A stretch of 64,000 nt of DNA from Candidatus Latescibacterota bacterium (GCA_965222075.1 OZ244937.1:3712001-3776000), one strand, 5' to 3'. Counted from the first letter of the stretch, positions 1 through 10,544 are shown. Program-made: numbers and translations. Notes: generated by a model from the letters alone, not told the origin.

Positions 1-951
1 CGGTCGTCCGGTCTCGTACGCATCCACCAGATCTTCCAAACAGGACACAACATGGCTTTTGGCCGCCACGGGCGCCATGGGGGTTTCGTCCCAGCCCTGC
101 CGCTTTCCCACCATCTGACCGGCCTTGCGCAACAGAATGCCGTCGCCATTGTTCATGGAGCGAATACACCCTTCCGTTCCCAGCACTTCAAACTCCCACG
201 CTGCCGCCGGCACCGACCAGGCCTCAACCCCGTTCTCAAACCGGAGTTGATAAATCGCCCGCGGATCGTAAGCCAGGTGGTCATTCTGAATCTGCGTATG
301 CCGGGGTATCAGTTCCCCGCGCACCGCTTCGATTTTGGAATCGCCCAGCAAAAACGAAATCGTATCAATCGAATGAATGTGCCCGTGCATCAAGCTTGAA
401 GGCGCATAATGCACCGCCGCACGGGGTTGTCCGACCTCGCCGGCTGCAATCGCCTCCCGCACCGCGCGATAGTGCACATCAAACCGCCGAAGCACTCCGG
501 TGTTGAACACCGTCCCATTGGCCTTCACCGCCTGCAGAATCTCGTCGGCCCGTGCCACCGAACTGGCCATTGCCTTTTCCACATACAGCATCGGCACCCC
601 CGCATTGGCCAGGCTCACCGCCAGATCCGCATGCGAATCCCCCCGAAAAGACGCATCCGGCGCCTCCTGCGCCGGCTTGAACAGGCCAGACGCCGTGGTG
701 CAAATTGCCACCAGATCGGGCTGTTCTTGTTTCACCATCTCCATATAATCTTCGTACACGGCCTCCACGCCCCACCGCGCCTGAAAAGCCTCCCGCTTAT
801 CGCCCTGCAAATCCGCCCCGGCCACCAGGTCCAGTTGATCCATCGCCTCGCAACACGCCGCAATCGAATACGGCTTTGTGGCGTGCCCTTCATCGTCAAT
901 CGTACTGCCCATCCGTCCCAGACCGATAATGCCCACACGATAGGTTTTCAC
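1..951 (-). CDS. Gfo/Idh/MocA family NAD(P)-dependent oxidoreductase (3' end runs off window)
   Basis: Not in ORF track. Manual minus-strand translation from GTG at 951 gives MKTYRVGIIGLGRMG...DLVAICT...LYVEKAMA (Rossmann fold, EK motif). GTGA overlap with the upstream stop; frame open to the window edge. Confidence 0.85.
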   Translation of the reverse strand, partial: MKTYRVGIIGLGRMGSTIDDEGHATKPYSIAACCEAMDQLDLVAGADLQGDKREAFQARWGVEAVYEDYMEMVKQEQPDLVAICTTASGLFKPAQEAPDASFRGDSHADLAVSLANAGVPMLYVEKAMASSVARADEILQAVKANGTVFNTGVLRRFDVHYRAVREAIAAGEVGQPRAAVHYAPSSLMHGHIHSIDTISFLLGDSKIEAVRGELIPRHTQIQNDHLAYDPRAIYQLRFENGVEAWSVPAAAWEFEVLGTEGCIRSMNNGDGILLRKAGQMVGKRQGWDETPMAPVAAKSHVVSCLEDLVDAYETGRP

Positions 952-2024
952 TGTCCCTCCTTTATCCAAGCAATTGTAGGGATGTCCTGGATTCCAAGGG
1001 CGTCCGCCGCGCCCAGGATGGTCTGCCAGATGTCGTCCTGGATGGGGACGCCTTCCCGCTGCCGGGCGTTCCGCGTCCTCACTTCCGGATCGCCGGGGAC
1101 CAGCACTTCCTCGAAACCGGGCGCGGGCGACACGGCCCGGGTGCGCTGCACCATCTCGTCCGCCCGGCGTGCATACTCGGAGAAGGGCTGGAACAGGTCG
1201 GCCTTGAAAGCGACCATGCAGACGCCCTGGTATCGCATAATCGGTCCTGCGCGATTGGGATCGGCAAATGCGTCCGTGCGGTTGAAGATGCGCCCCAAAA
1301 ACTCCACGGCCATCATCAGCGCATACCCCTTGTGTCCACCAAAGGGGACCTGCCCACCTCCCTCGTAGAAATCGTTGGGGTCCGTGCTGGGGTTGCCCTC
1401 CCTGTCCACGATGCAGCCCGGCGGCAGCGCTTCGCTGCGGCGCTGGGCATTGATGACTTTGACGCCTGACATGGCCGTGGTCGCAAAATCAAAACCCATC
1501 GAGGGGCCGTCGCCTCCCGGGAATCCCATGGCAATCGGATTGGTATGCAAGACTCGCTCACAGCCCCCATAGGGCACGGCCACCGGCTCTTCCTCGCCAA
1601 AGCCTCCCGCCCAAACGATGGAGATCAACCCCCCGGCTGCGGCCATTTCCGTATAGTGGCCCAGCCTGCCGATGTGGTGCGACTGCACCAGACCCACGAT
1701 GGCTATCTCGTGGGATCTGGCCTTTTCAATCGCCGTCTCCATCGCAAAACGTGCAGCGACCTGTCCGAAAGTCCAGTTGCCGGTGATCTGCGCGCTGTTC
1801 AGGCCTTCCTGAATGAACGCCGGCCGGGCCCTGGGCAGGATGTAGCCCTTCTGGATGTCGTCTACATATCTTGCCACGTGCCATACGCCGTGTGTGTCAA
1901 CGCCGCTGAGGTTGGCCAGGACCAGGTGCTCGGCGAGGGTGTGCGCGTTGTCTTCGTCGGCGCCGGCTGCCAAAAAGATCCGGATGACAAGCTCGCGCAG
2001 GTCATCGGCAGGTATGACTACCAT
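948..2024 (-). CDS. Ldh_2 family (malate/L-lactate/ureidoglycolate-type) oxidoreductase
   Basis: GVDTHG, SHHIGRLG, HTNPIA, DFATT and GGHKGYAL motifs. ATG 2024 is preceded by a GGAGGGAG RBS. Confidence 0.9.
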   Translation of the reverse strand: MVVIPADDLRELVIRIFLAAGADEDNAHTLAEHLVLANLSGVDTHGVWHVARYVDDIQKGYILPRARPAFIQEGLNSAQITGNWTFGQVAARFAMETAIEKARSHEIAIVGLVQSHHIGRLGHYTEMAAAGGLISIVWAGGFGEEEPVAVPYGGCERVLHTNPIAMGFPGGDGPSMGFDFATTAMSGVKVINAQRRSEALPPGCIVDREGNPSTDPNDFYEGGGQVPFGGHKGYALMMAVEFLGRIFNRTDAFADPNRAGPIMRYQGVCMVAFKADLFQPFSEYARRADEMVQRTRAVSPAPGFEEVLVPGDPEVRTRNARQREGVPIQDDIWQTILGAADALGIQDIPTIAWIKEGQ

Positions 2025-2036
2025 AACGAACTCCCT

Positions 2037-2069
2037 CCTGCCTGTGCCGTGCCCGTCACGGCAGACAGG
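2037..2069. repeat. CCTGYCTG...CAGRCAGG micro-palindrome (33 nt)
   Basis: cctgcctgtgccgtgcccgtcacggcagacagg; same termini as the copies at 13874, 15142, 15169, 42315, 42416, 42473 and 43065. Confidence 0.75.
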
Positions 2070-2126
2070 TCGGAAAATCACCGGCAACCACCGATGAACA
2101 TCGGTGAATACTGATGAAAAAGCTTC

Positions 2127-3221
2127 TTAGAAAATCAGCACGCCCCGGGCGTTTTTACCCGCTGCCAGGTCGTCGAACGCCTGCTGGACTTCGTCGATGG
2201 GGTAGGTTCTGGTGATGAGTTCGTCCAGTTTCAACTGCCCGGTGCGGTAGAGGTCGAGCAGCCGGGGCATGTCGACCCGCTGGCGCGTGGAGCCGTAGTA
2301 GGAGCCCAGGAGTTTCTTCTCATCACGCACGATCAACGGGGCCGGGAGGGCGACTTCGGTATTGGGCCGGGCCATGCCGATAATGGTCACGGTGCCGCCC
2401 CGGCGGGCGCTGTCGTAGGCCTGGCGCATGACTTCCGGATTGCCGATGGCTTCGAAGGTGTAGTCCGCACCGCGGCCGCCGGTGAGCTCCTGGATGGCCG
2501 TGACCGGGTCTGCGTCGCTGGCGTTGACCGTGTGGGTGGCCCCGAAGCGCTGGGCAAACGCCAGCTTGAGGGGGTTGGTGTCCACCGCGATGATCGTGTT
2601 GGCCCCGGCTGTTGCCGCGCCCTGGATGACGTTGAGGCCTACTCCGCCGGCGCCGAAGACCGCCGCGGAGGCACCCGGCTGCACCTTTGCAGTGTTGACC
2701 GCGGCACCGACTCCGGTCATCACGCCGCAGCCGACTAAGGCGGCTTTGTCTAAAGGGATGTCGGGATCGATGCGCACAAGGCTGGTCTCGTGTACGACGG
2801 CATATTCGCTCATCGTCCCGATGCCGGTCATCTGATTGAGCGGCACGCCGCCCCGGCGGATGGGACGGTGGCCGTTGGGCAGGGTTCCCTCACGCGTCAG
2901 GGCGGTGGTCTCGCAGAGATTCGGTTGCCCGATGGTGCAGTAGTAACACCGACCGCACTGGGGGATGTAGGTAAGCACGACATGGTCGCCGGGTTTTACG
3001 GCCGTGACGTGGTCGCCGACCGCTTCGACGATGCCGGCCCCTTCGTGCCCCAGTACTATGGGAAGTTCCAGGGGAATGGTGCCGTCGATCACCGAGTAGT
3101 CGCTGTGACAGACCCCGCTTGCGACCATTTTGAGGTGTACTTCGTCTTCTTGTAGCGCATCTAATTCTACTTCTTCTACCACCACTGACTGGTTCACGGC
3201 GTTTAAGACCACGGCTTTCAT
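2127..3221 (-). CDS. Zn-dependent alcohol dehydrogenase (class III-like)
   Basis: GVCHSD, GHEGAG, structural Zn CxxCxxC...C, GAGGVG. Confidence 0.92.
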   Translation of the reverse strand: MKAVVLNAVNQSVVVEEVELDALQEDEVHLKMVASGVCHSDYSVIDGTIPLELPIVLGHEGAGIVEAVGDHVTAVKPGDHVVLTYIPQCGRCYYCTIGQPNLCETTALTREGTLPNGHRPIRRGGVPLNQMTGIGTMSEYAVVHETSLVRIDPDIPLDKAALVGCGVMTGVGAAVNTAKVQPGASAAVFGAGGVGLNVIQGAATAGANTIIAVDTNPLKLAFAQRFGATHTVNASDADPVTAIQELTGGRGADYTFEAIGNPEVMRQAYDSARRGGTVTIIGMARPNTEVALPAPLIVRDEKKLLGSYYGSTRQRVDMPRLLDLYRTGQLKLDELITRTYPIDEVQQAFDDLAAGKNARGVLIF

Positions 3222-3257
3222 AGCTGTTTCCTCCTCCCGATATCTGCTGATTCGGGC

Positions 3258-4097
3258 TTATTCCTGTCGTTGTGTTATTTTTTTTAACTCGTTCAGGATC
3301 TCTTTTTCGGTCGTCCATTCAAGGCCGTCGACCGATTTTGAGTTTGAGCCTGTTATTCCGTCCACCGAACCCAGGCTGAGGATATGGTCCAGGTAGGGGT
3401 CCACATCTGAGAAGTCCGGCAGGAGAGAGGTGTTTGAAAGGATTGTCAGGTAGGCCATTAATCCATAAGCTCCCCAGTTGGAGGTTGTGGCGATAATCGT
3501 GTGTTTTGTGTCGATGATGCAGGGGGAGATGTCCAGTTTTTCAGCGATGGTGCGCCGGAGGTTTCCCATGCCGATTTCATTTCCACCGTCTCCGATTCCG
3601 ATGGTGAGGGTGGTGTTACGCGTTAAGATGAAGAACTCGTCTAAGGGGGCTGTAAAGTCGGAGATGTCTGTGTTTTTTACGTTGCAGTATTTGAGGTCGG
3701 CATTTCTCCCACACCTTTCGACGGCGATCAGACAGACGGGGTTGTACCGGTTGAGGACTTCAAGATAAGGATCTGTCCCCTCCAGGGGCATATAGAGGGT
3801 TTCGGTTTCCGGTTTGTATGAAAAGAAATCCCTGCAGAACGGGTCGGTTACGATGAGGGGACGGAACGCCAGTTTTTGCAGGGCGTTTGCCAGGAAGTAG
3901 GCGCCGACCGGGCCGTCCGTTTCGGCGACTCCGTTCGCGTAGAACCCGGTGATGATGAAGACGACGCCCCTGCTGCAGGCGAACAGGCTCTTTGCGGCAT
4001 CATAGCAGAAGGCCAGGCTCAGAGATTGTCTTAAGATGGGCAGGCCCCTTCTGTGATGCTTTAAAATCACGTCTTCGATTTTGATCGGATGGGGCAT
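3258..4097 (-). CDS. DUF4392 protein (D-glutamate cyclase C-terminal domain)
   Basis: ITGF, ETDGPVGA, VERCG, IGIGDGGNEIGMG, SNWGAY motifs. Confidence 0.85.
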   Translation of the reverse strand: MPHPIKIEDVILKHHRRGLPILRQSLSLAFCYDAAKSLFACSRGVVFIITGFYANGVAETDGPVGAYFLANALQKLAFRPLIVTDPFCRDFFSYKPETETLYMPLEGTDPYLEVLNRYNPVCLIAVERCGRNADLKYCNVKNTDISDFTAPLDEFFILTRNTTLTIGIGDGGNEIGMGNLRRTIAEKLDISPCIIDTKHTIIATTSNWGAYGLMAYLTILSNTSLLPDFSDVDPYLDHILSLGSVDGITGSNSKSVDGLEWTTEKEILNELKKITQRQE

Positions 4098-4100
4098 CGT

Positions 4101-4910
4101 TTAGAGCGCTTCCCCAACGTCGGGGGCGTCTGCAACGAACATGTGGCCCGGCGCATGGGTGATGGCGATTTCGGGCTTGGCATGCAGGATGACGGCCTGG
4201 GGGGTGACGCCACAGGCCCAGAAGACAGGGGTCTCATTCTCATAGACGGTGACCGGGTCTCCATAGTCGGGGGCGTCCAGGTTCTGGATGCCCAGGTGCG
4301 CAGGATTGCCTATGTGGAGGGGGGCACCGTGCGATTTTGGGTACCGGCTTGTGATCTGTACGGCCCGGATGGCGTGGAAGGGGGATAGGGGACGCATGGA
4401 GACCACGACGGGGCCTGAGAAGCATCCGACCGGGGAACAGGAGAGGCTGGTGCGGTACATGGGGACGTTTTTGCCCTCTTCGATGTGCCGCACCGGGAGG
4501 CCGGACTGAAGCATGGCGCTTTCAAAGGTGAAGGAACAGCCGATAAGAAATGCCACGGAATCGGACCGCCAGTAGGGACGGATGTCGCCGGTTTCTTCCA
4601 CAAGTTCCCCGTTTTTGAAGATGCGGTAGAGGGGGAGGTCTGTGCGGATGTCTGCGCCGGGGGCGATCAGCCGGGGTTCCGGGTCTCCGGCTTCGGTAAT
4701 GTCCAAAAGGGGACAGGGTTTTGGGTTACGGTGACAGAAGACCAGAAAATCAAAAGCCAGGGACCTGGGCAGTACGACCAGGTTGGCCTGGACGTGTGCC
4801 AGGCCCGCGGTTGGGCCGGTGAGTTCTCCGCTGCGGCAGCGCTCCCGGACCTGGACGGGCGTCAGGTCCGCTGCGGATTCTGGATGGGTGTTATTCGATT
4901 TTTCGCTCAT
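4101..4910 (-). CDS. DUF1445/YcsI putative hydro-lyase (D-glutamate cyclase N-terminal domain)
   Basis: QANLV, RNPKPCPLL, DIRTDLP, GCSFTFE, VSMRP, PVFWACGVTPQ, THAPGHM. Confidence 0.92.
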   Translation of the reverse strand: MSEKSNNTHPESAADLTPVQVRERCRSGELTGPTAGLAHVQANLVVLPRSLAFDFLVFCHRNPKPCPLLDITEAGDPEPRLIAPGADIRTDLPLYRIFKNGELVEETGDIRPYWRSDSVAFLIGCSFTFESAMLQSGLPVRHIEEGKNVPMYRTSLSCSPVGCFSGPVVVSMRPLSPFHAIRAVQITSRYPKSHGAPLHIGNPAHLGIQNLDAPDYGDPVTVYENETPVFWACGVTPQAVILHAKPEIAITHAPGHMFVADAPDVGEAL

Positions 4911-4958
4911 GGTGTATCACCTCATAAAACAAATTGAAGATTGAAAAATCTTCGCTCT

Positions 4959-7900
4959 TCAGTGCTGCCTGCCGTATCCACCGCCGCCGGGGGTGTTCAG
5001 GATCAGGCGGTCACCCGGGGCGACTTCGCAGCCGTCTACGGGGCCGAGGGTTTGTTTTTCACCCGAGGCGCGGTGGACAACCTGGGTTCCCGGCTTTCCC
5101 GGGTCTGCGCCGTGCAGGCCGTAGGGGCCTTCCTTCCGGTGCTGGGTGAGCACGGAGAGGGCCATTTCCTTCAGGAAGGTCAGTTCGCGCACGATGCCGT
5201 CTCCGCCGGCGTGGGCGCCCGCGCCGCCCGATCCTTTTCGCACGGCAAAGCGATCTATGCGGACGGGATAGCGGTGCTCTACGATTTCGGGGTCGGTGAT
5301 GCGGGTATTGGTCATGTGGCTGTGCACTGCGTCTGCGCCGGCAAAAGTGGGGCCGGCGCCGCAGCCGCCCCCTACGGTTTCGTAGTATCCGAACCCGGTC
5401 GTGCCGAAGAGGACGTTGTTCATGGTCCCCTGGCTGCATGCAACCAGTTCCAGGGCCTTCAGCAGGGTGTCTACCAGGCGCTGGCTGGTTTCCACGTTGC
5501 CTCCGACGACGGCCGGGGCGCGGGCGGGATCTTCCGGGAAGGGGGGGTTGAGGATGCCCGGGGGGATGTGCAGGGCGATCGGTTCCATGAAGCCTTCGTT
5601 GAGGGGCAGGGGGGCGTCTACCAGCAGGCGCAGCACGTAGATTACGGCGCTGCGGACAATGGCTGGGGTGGCGTTCAGATTGCCGGGGTGGACGCCGGCC
5701 GAGCCGGAGAAGTCGATGCTTGCGGAATCGCCTGTGATGTCGATGCGCACCTGCAGGGGCGACCCGTCGTCCAAGCGCTCCTGCGCACCGTAGCAGCCGT
5801 CCGGCAAGCGGGAGAGGGCGCTGCGCAGCCCCCGGTCGGCCTGGTTTTTGAGTGCGGCCATGTAGTAGAGGAGGGTTTTGGCGCCGTATTCGCAGGCGAG
5901 GTCCTGCAGGGCGTTGAGGCCCCGGTGGTTGGCGGCCAGGGCCGCGCGCAGATCGGCCAGGTTGTCGTCGACCGTCCGGGAGGGGAAGGGGGCGTTCTGG
6001 AGCATGTCGCGGACGGCGGTCCAGTCGGCGCGTCCGTCCCGGACGATGTACGAAGGCGGAATGACCACGCCTTCCTGGGCCAGGTTGGTAGCCGCAGGGG
6101 GCATCGATCCGGGCCGCATGCCGCCGACTTCGGCGTGGTGGGCGCGGCTGGCCACATAGCCGACGCATGGATCGCCGCCGGCATACACAGGCGTTATTAA
6201 GGTGATGTCCGGCAGGTGGGAGCCACCGAAGTCGGGGTGGTTGGTGATGACGGTATCTCCCGGCTTGAGGGAGAGATGCTCGCGCACTCGGCGCACGCAG
6301 AGGCCCAGCGCCCCCAGGTGCACCGGGATGTGGGGGGCATTGACGACGAGTTCGCCGTTGGCGTCCAGGAGGGCGCAGGAGAAGTCCAGCCGTTCCTTGA
6401 CGTTGGTGGAAAGGGCGGTGCGCTGGAGCATGGTGCCCATTTCCCGGGCGATGTTGCTCAGGTTGTGGGTGAACAGTTCCAGACGGACGGCTTCGGGACG
6501 GGCTTCCCGACCGCGGGTAGTCCGGGGCTGCCTGCGGTGGAGTACGAGGGTGGCGTGGCGGTCCACCCCCACCCCCCAGCCGGCGTCTACGAATACGGCG
6601 CTGTGCCGTTCGAAGATCAATGCCGGGCCCTGAAGCTGTGCGCCGGGCTTGAGGTCGGGCCGGTTGTGGACTGCGACCTCTGTCCACTTTCCCTGTACCC
6701 AGGTCTTTGTGTTTCCGCTGGGCAGGGCCTCATGGGCGGGTTGGGAGGTCTGTTCCCGCTCGGCGCCGGAGGCCCGCGAGGAGGCGATTACCCGGATGGA
6801 CTCCAGTTCGACCGGGCGGCCTTCCGGCTGGTGTCCGTAGAGGGTTTTGTAGGCAGCGGCGAAGGCGTCCGAGAGAGACGTCCCCGCTTCGTATTCCACG
6901 GTCAAGGGCGTGTCCTGGCCGATGAACCGCAGGTTGAGCAGCTGCCGGCGCACGACGACCTCCGCTTCGGGCACGCCTTCGGCAGCCACCTCCTGCACGG
7001 CTTTCCGGCCCAGGGCGTCGAGCCAGGCGGGGACATGGGCTTCGACCTCTTCAAGGAGGGCGAGCACCTGGCGTTCGACAAAGCGCTCGATTACCGCATG
7101 CCCGATGCCCAGGGCGCTGAGAAGGCTGGCGTCTGCGGGGACCAGCACGGTGTCGATGCCCAGCCGCAGGGCCACCCCGCAGGCGTGCTGAGCGCCCGCG
7201 CCGCCAAAGGCCACCAGCGCATAGGCTGCCGGGTCGTATCCCCGCTGGAGGGAGACACGCCGGATGGCGGCGGCCATACGTTCGTTGGCGATGTCTAAGA
7301 AGCCTTCGATCAGGGCTTCCGGGGCGGCCTCTTCTGCGGTTTCCTCGGCAAGCCGACGGCGCAGGGCGTCGAGCTGTTCCCGCGCACGCTCGGGGCGGAT
7401 CGGGATTTCGAAGCGCTCGGCATGGAGCCTGCCCAGGAGCAGGTTGACATCGGTCAGGGTCAGCGGCCCTCCAGCGCCATAGCAGGCCGGGCCGGGCCGG
7501 GCCCCTGCGCTCTGCGGGCCTACCTGGAGCCGGCCTTCGGCAAAGCGGCAGATCGAGCCCCCCCCTGCGGCGACGGTCTCGATGGCCAGGGCCGGGGCGA
7601 CTAAGTGGGCGTCGCCGACGTCGTGTTCAAAGACGTATTCGAAGTCCCCGTCGTAACGGGCCACATCTGTGCTGGTTCCGCCCATGTCGAACCCGATGAG
7701 CCGCTCGAAGCCGGCCCGCCGGCCGACCAGGGCCGCGCCGGCCACGCCGCCGGCCGGGCCGCTGAGGAGGCTGTCTTTGGCCTGGAAGGATTGGGTTTGA
7801 AGCAGGCCGCCGGTGCTGGTCATCACGTGCAGGGTGCCGCCGCGAATGGCGCCCTGCACCCTGCTCAGATAGTCTTTGATCACCGGCCCCAGGTAGGCGT

Positions 7901-8732
7901 CCACCACGGTGGTCTCCGCCCGGGGCAGGAGTTTGATGAAGGGGGCCAGGTCGGCCGAAGCGGAGACGTGTTCAAAGCCGCAGTCTTGCAGGAAGCGGAC
8001 GAGTTCCCGCTCGTGGGCGGGATTCCGGTGGCTGTGCATCAGCGCCACGGCAGCCGCGCGAACGCCCCGCTCCAGAAGGTGGCGCACCTGCGGCAGGAGA
8101 GGTTCGCAGTGGAGTTTCCGGAGCACGGTCCCATCGGCCGCCAGCCGTTCCTCGACTTCGACCACGGCCTCGTAGAGGGGGTCGGGTTTGACGACGTGCA
8201 GGGCAAAGAGTTCCGGCCGCTGCTGGGTGCCGATGCGCAGCAGGTCGCCAAAGCCCCGGCTGATGAAGAGGGCCACCGGCACCCCCCGGCGTTCGAGCAG
8301 GGCGTTGGTCCCCCGGGTTGTGGCCAGGCGCATGGCGATGTCGGGGAGCGGGGCTCCGGCCGGGGTGGCCGTGACGATCCGGGCGGCCAGGACGGGGGCC
8401 TCTTCCGGGGAGCAGACCTCAAAGACCATTCCCGGAGCCGCCCTCAGGGGTCCGTCCACTTCGACCAGCCCTTCCGCCGGCTCGAAGCGTATGACCGTTC
8501 GGGGCGGGTGTTCTGTATCCAGGAGGCGGAACTCGAAGCCGGTGATGAAGCCAGGCGGCGCAGACCACTGCTCGTGGACACTCAGGCGTTTCTCGTCGAT
8601 GGGCTCCCGGACCAGGCCCCTGAGGGCGCTGCTGCTGAGCACCTTGGCCTGGTGGGGCCGACCTTCCGGGTCGCGCGCTAAGCAATCGGTAAAGGTGCCA
8701 CCCGTATCGATCCAGATCTGCCAGTCTGGCAT
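4959..8732 (-). CDS. ATP-hydrolysing 5-oxoprolinase / hydantoinase A+B fusion
   Basis: 1257 aa; IDTGGTFTD, SGPAGG, DMGGTSTD, STNVKERLDFSC, HIPVHLG, GGNVETSQ, TPGGGGYG. Confidence 0.93.
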   Translation of the reverse strand: MPDWQIWIDTGGTFTDCLARDPEGRPHQAKVLSSSALRGLVREPIDEKRLSVHEQWSAPPGFITGFEFRLLDTEHPPRTVIRFEPAEGLVEVDGPLRAAPGMVFEVCSPEEAPVLAARIVTATPAGAPLPDIAMRLATTRGTNALLERRGVPVALFISRGFGDLLRIGTQQRPELFALHVVKPDPLYEAVVEVEERLAADGTVLRKLHCEPLLPQVRHLLERGVRAAAVALMHSHRNPAHERELVRFLQDCGFEHVSASADLAPFIKLLPRAETTVVDAYLGPVIKDYLSRVQGAIRGGTLHVMTSTGGLLQTQSFQAKDSLLSGPAGGVAGAALVGRRAGFERLIGFDMGGTSTDVARYDGDFEYVFEHDVGDAHLVAPALAIETVAAGGGSICRFAEGRLQVGPQSAGARPGPACYGAGGPLTLTDVNLLLGRLHAERFEIPIRPERAREQLDALRRRLAEETAEEAAPEALIEGFLDIANERMAAAIRRVSLQRGYDPAAYALVAFGGAGAQHACGVALRLGIDTVLVPADASLLSALGIGHAVIERFVERQVLALLEEVEAHVPAWLDALGRKAVQEVAAEGVPEAEVVVRRQLLNLRFIGQDTPLTVEYEAGTSLSDAFAAAYKTLYGHQPEGRPVELESIRVIASSRASGAEREQTSQPAHEALPSGNTKTWVQGKWTEVAVHNRPDLKPGAQLQGPALIFERHSAVFVDAGWGVGVDRHATLVLHRRQPRTTRGREARPEAVRLELFTHNLSNIAREMGTMLQRTALSTNVKERLDFSCALLDANGELVVNAPHIPVHLGALGLCVRRVREHLSLKPGDTVITNHPDFGGSHLPDITLITPVYAGGDPCVGYVASRAHHAEVGGMRPGSMPPAATNLAQEGVVIPPSYIVRDGRADWTAVRDMLQNAPFPSRTVDDNLADLRAALAANHRGLNALQDLACEYGAKTLLYYMAALKNQADRGLRSALSRLPDGCYGAQERLDDGSPLQVRIDITGDSASIDFSGSAGVHPGNLNATPAIVRSAVIYVLRLLVDAPLPLNEGFMEPIALHIPPGILNPPFPEDPARAPAVVGGNVETSQRLVDTLLKALELVACSQGTMNNVLFGTTGFGYYETVGGGCGAGPTFAGADAVHSHMTNTRITDPEIVEHRYPVRIDRFAVRKGSGGAGAHAGGDGIVRELTFLKEMALSVLTQHRKEGPYGLHGADPGKPGTQVVHRASGEKQTLGPVDGCEVAPGDRLILNTPGGGGYGRQH

Positions 8733-8762
8733 TGCTCCTCCTCTTAACCCTCCGGGATGGCC

Positions 8763-10418
8763 CTACCGCCATTCATCGATCGACACACTCTTCCCGTAAT
8801 TGCACCCCATAATCCGCCAGTAGCCGTTTGTCTCGCCGCCCACGACGACGACGTGAATTGAGTCGATGGGGAAGATGGGGATTGACTCGTTTTCTGCGGC
8901 CTTCAGCATGGTGGCGTAGGGTTCAACCCCGTTTAAAGCCCTCGGATAGACGTAGTTCTCGATGAGCTGATAATCCCAGTAGACCCCCGCATGCATCGTG
9001 GCGTTCTCATGCACCCATTGGATCAGCTTTTCTTTCGTGTCGAACCCGCCCCGGTCTATGAACTGCCGGGCGGTAATGGGGTCCAGGATGAAGGTGGGCG
9101 GATTGTGCGGGTTGAGGCCCCGCAGCATGTTCGTCACGTGTTCACGCCAGTGCGTTTCCCGCAGGCCGAGGTTGAAGGCGGTGGAGCGACAGCCGCCGAA
9201 TACGCTCACGACGCTGTCTTCCGGTTTAAAGCCGTGCTGGACGTGGAACGGCTCCCAGGGGCTGCGTTCTTCGTTTTCGGCATAGGTGACGCTGTTATAG
9301 GCGTAGTTGTTGCCCTGGGAGCCGAGATAGGTGATTTCCGGGACCGAGCCGCCCTGGAGGTTCTGAGAGAGCAGGCCGTAGGCGCGGCCGATGGTGGCAT
9401 TCGCATGGTTGTAAGGACCCAGAGCGCCGATGCCGCAGTTCATGCCGATTTCGTGGCGAACCGGACCGTTGACGACGGCCATGGCGGCGGCCGAGCTGGT
9501 GGTGCTGGCGCGGGCGGTGGCCTGTGTGGCTGCAAGGGCGAGGATGACCGGGAAGTAGTCCGGTTTTGCGCCGGCCATGACGGCGTTAACAGCGACCTTT
9601 TCAACGGTGTATTCCCAGGCCTCGCGCGTGGAGGTGGGACGCATGCGCCCGACGACCTCGTCGGGACTGCGGCCGGTGCCGGCGAGCATGGCACCAACGC
9701 GTGCTTCAGTGGGCAGGACGATGGGGAGCTTGTCGGTCCAGTTATTGTTCAGGAAGAACTGGTGAAGGTTTTCTTCAGAGTCGGGCTCGATAAGTCGGGG
9801 AGTGGACCGATCGAATACAATCTGTTTGGTTTCCTTATCGGTCAGCGGTTTGTTCAGGGCGTCGATGACTTCCTGCATGAACGGCCGGCCGGTGACGGCG
9901 TCGGGACCGTCGATGTAGGCCCGGAGTTCGGCGGGTGACTTGCCCATGACGGGCTGGGGGACGAAGACGAACCGCTGGAGGGGCATTCCCCTCTGGTGAG
10001 CGGCCGCCCTGGCCAGAGGCTCGAAGACGTCGGTCTGCACGGATGCGGTGGGCACTCCGTACTCGGTTTCCAGGATGATGCATTGATCGGCGACCGCCGG
10101 CGCGCACGTGCTTCAGTGGCCCACCGCAACGACCGCCGCGCCTCCCCTGGCTTTGATTTCGTCGTAGAGTTCCGGGTCCCGTTCGGTGTAGACGCCCGAT
10201 TTCCTGCGCAGCTCAATGTTTACTTCGGACATGTGCTCGGCAAACCAGTCCTGCATCTGCTGCATCAGGATGTCCCCGTCGTCGAAGCGGCAGTCGACCA
10301 AATAGACCGGTCTGTCGGCCAGGCCGCCCGAACGCGGAGCCATGCCGAGCTGTTCGATTGCGGGGGGATATCCCATCGGGTTCATGACGGTAATTTTCTC
10401 GCCTCCGGTTTTGCCCAC
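8763..10418 (-). CDS. UGSC-family-like selenoprotein (UxxC motif, Sec at TGA 10113-10115), about 551 aa
   Basis: ORFs 10113..10418 and 8763..10055 are in one frame, separated only by TGA: AVVAVGH-U-STCAPAVADQ. GAGGAGG RBS before GTG 10418; SECIS-like hairpin downstream. Confidence 0.85.
10088..10115 (-). promoter_or_regulatory. Putative bacterial SECIS element
   Basis: UGA agcacgtgcgcgc CGGC-GGUC-GCCG; the apical GGUC loop begins 17 nt after UGA. Confidence 0.7.
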
Positions 10419-10544
10419 GTGGAACCTCCTCGTTATAAGTCTCCGGGAAATGGATCGTCTGTATGGCCGAACACGGGTTTGAAGCGTTGGAAAGAATCGG
10501 GAAGGCCGTAGAGATGGTGCGGGGGGCGGTCGATTACGTCGGCT

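Noticed and set aside
52-1368. Plus-strand ORFs 52..399 and 409..1368
   Set aside because: They are shadows of the minus-strand Gfo/Idh/MocA and Ldh_2 genes.
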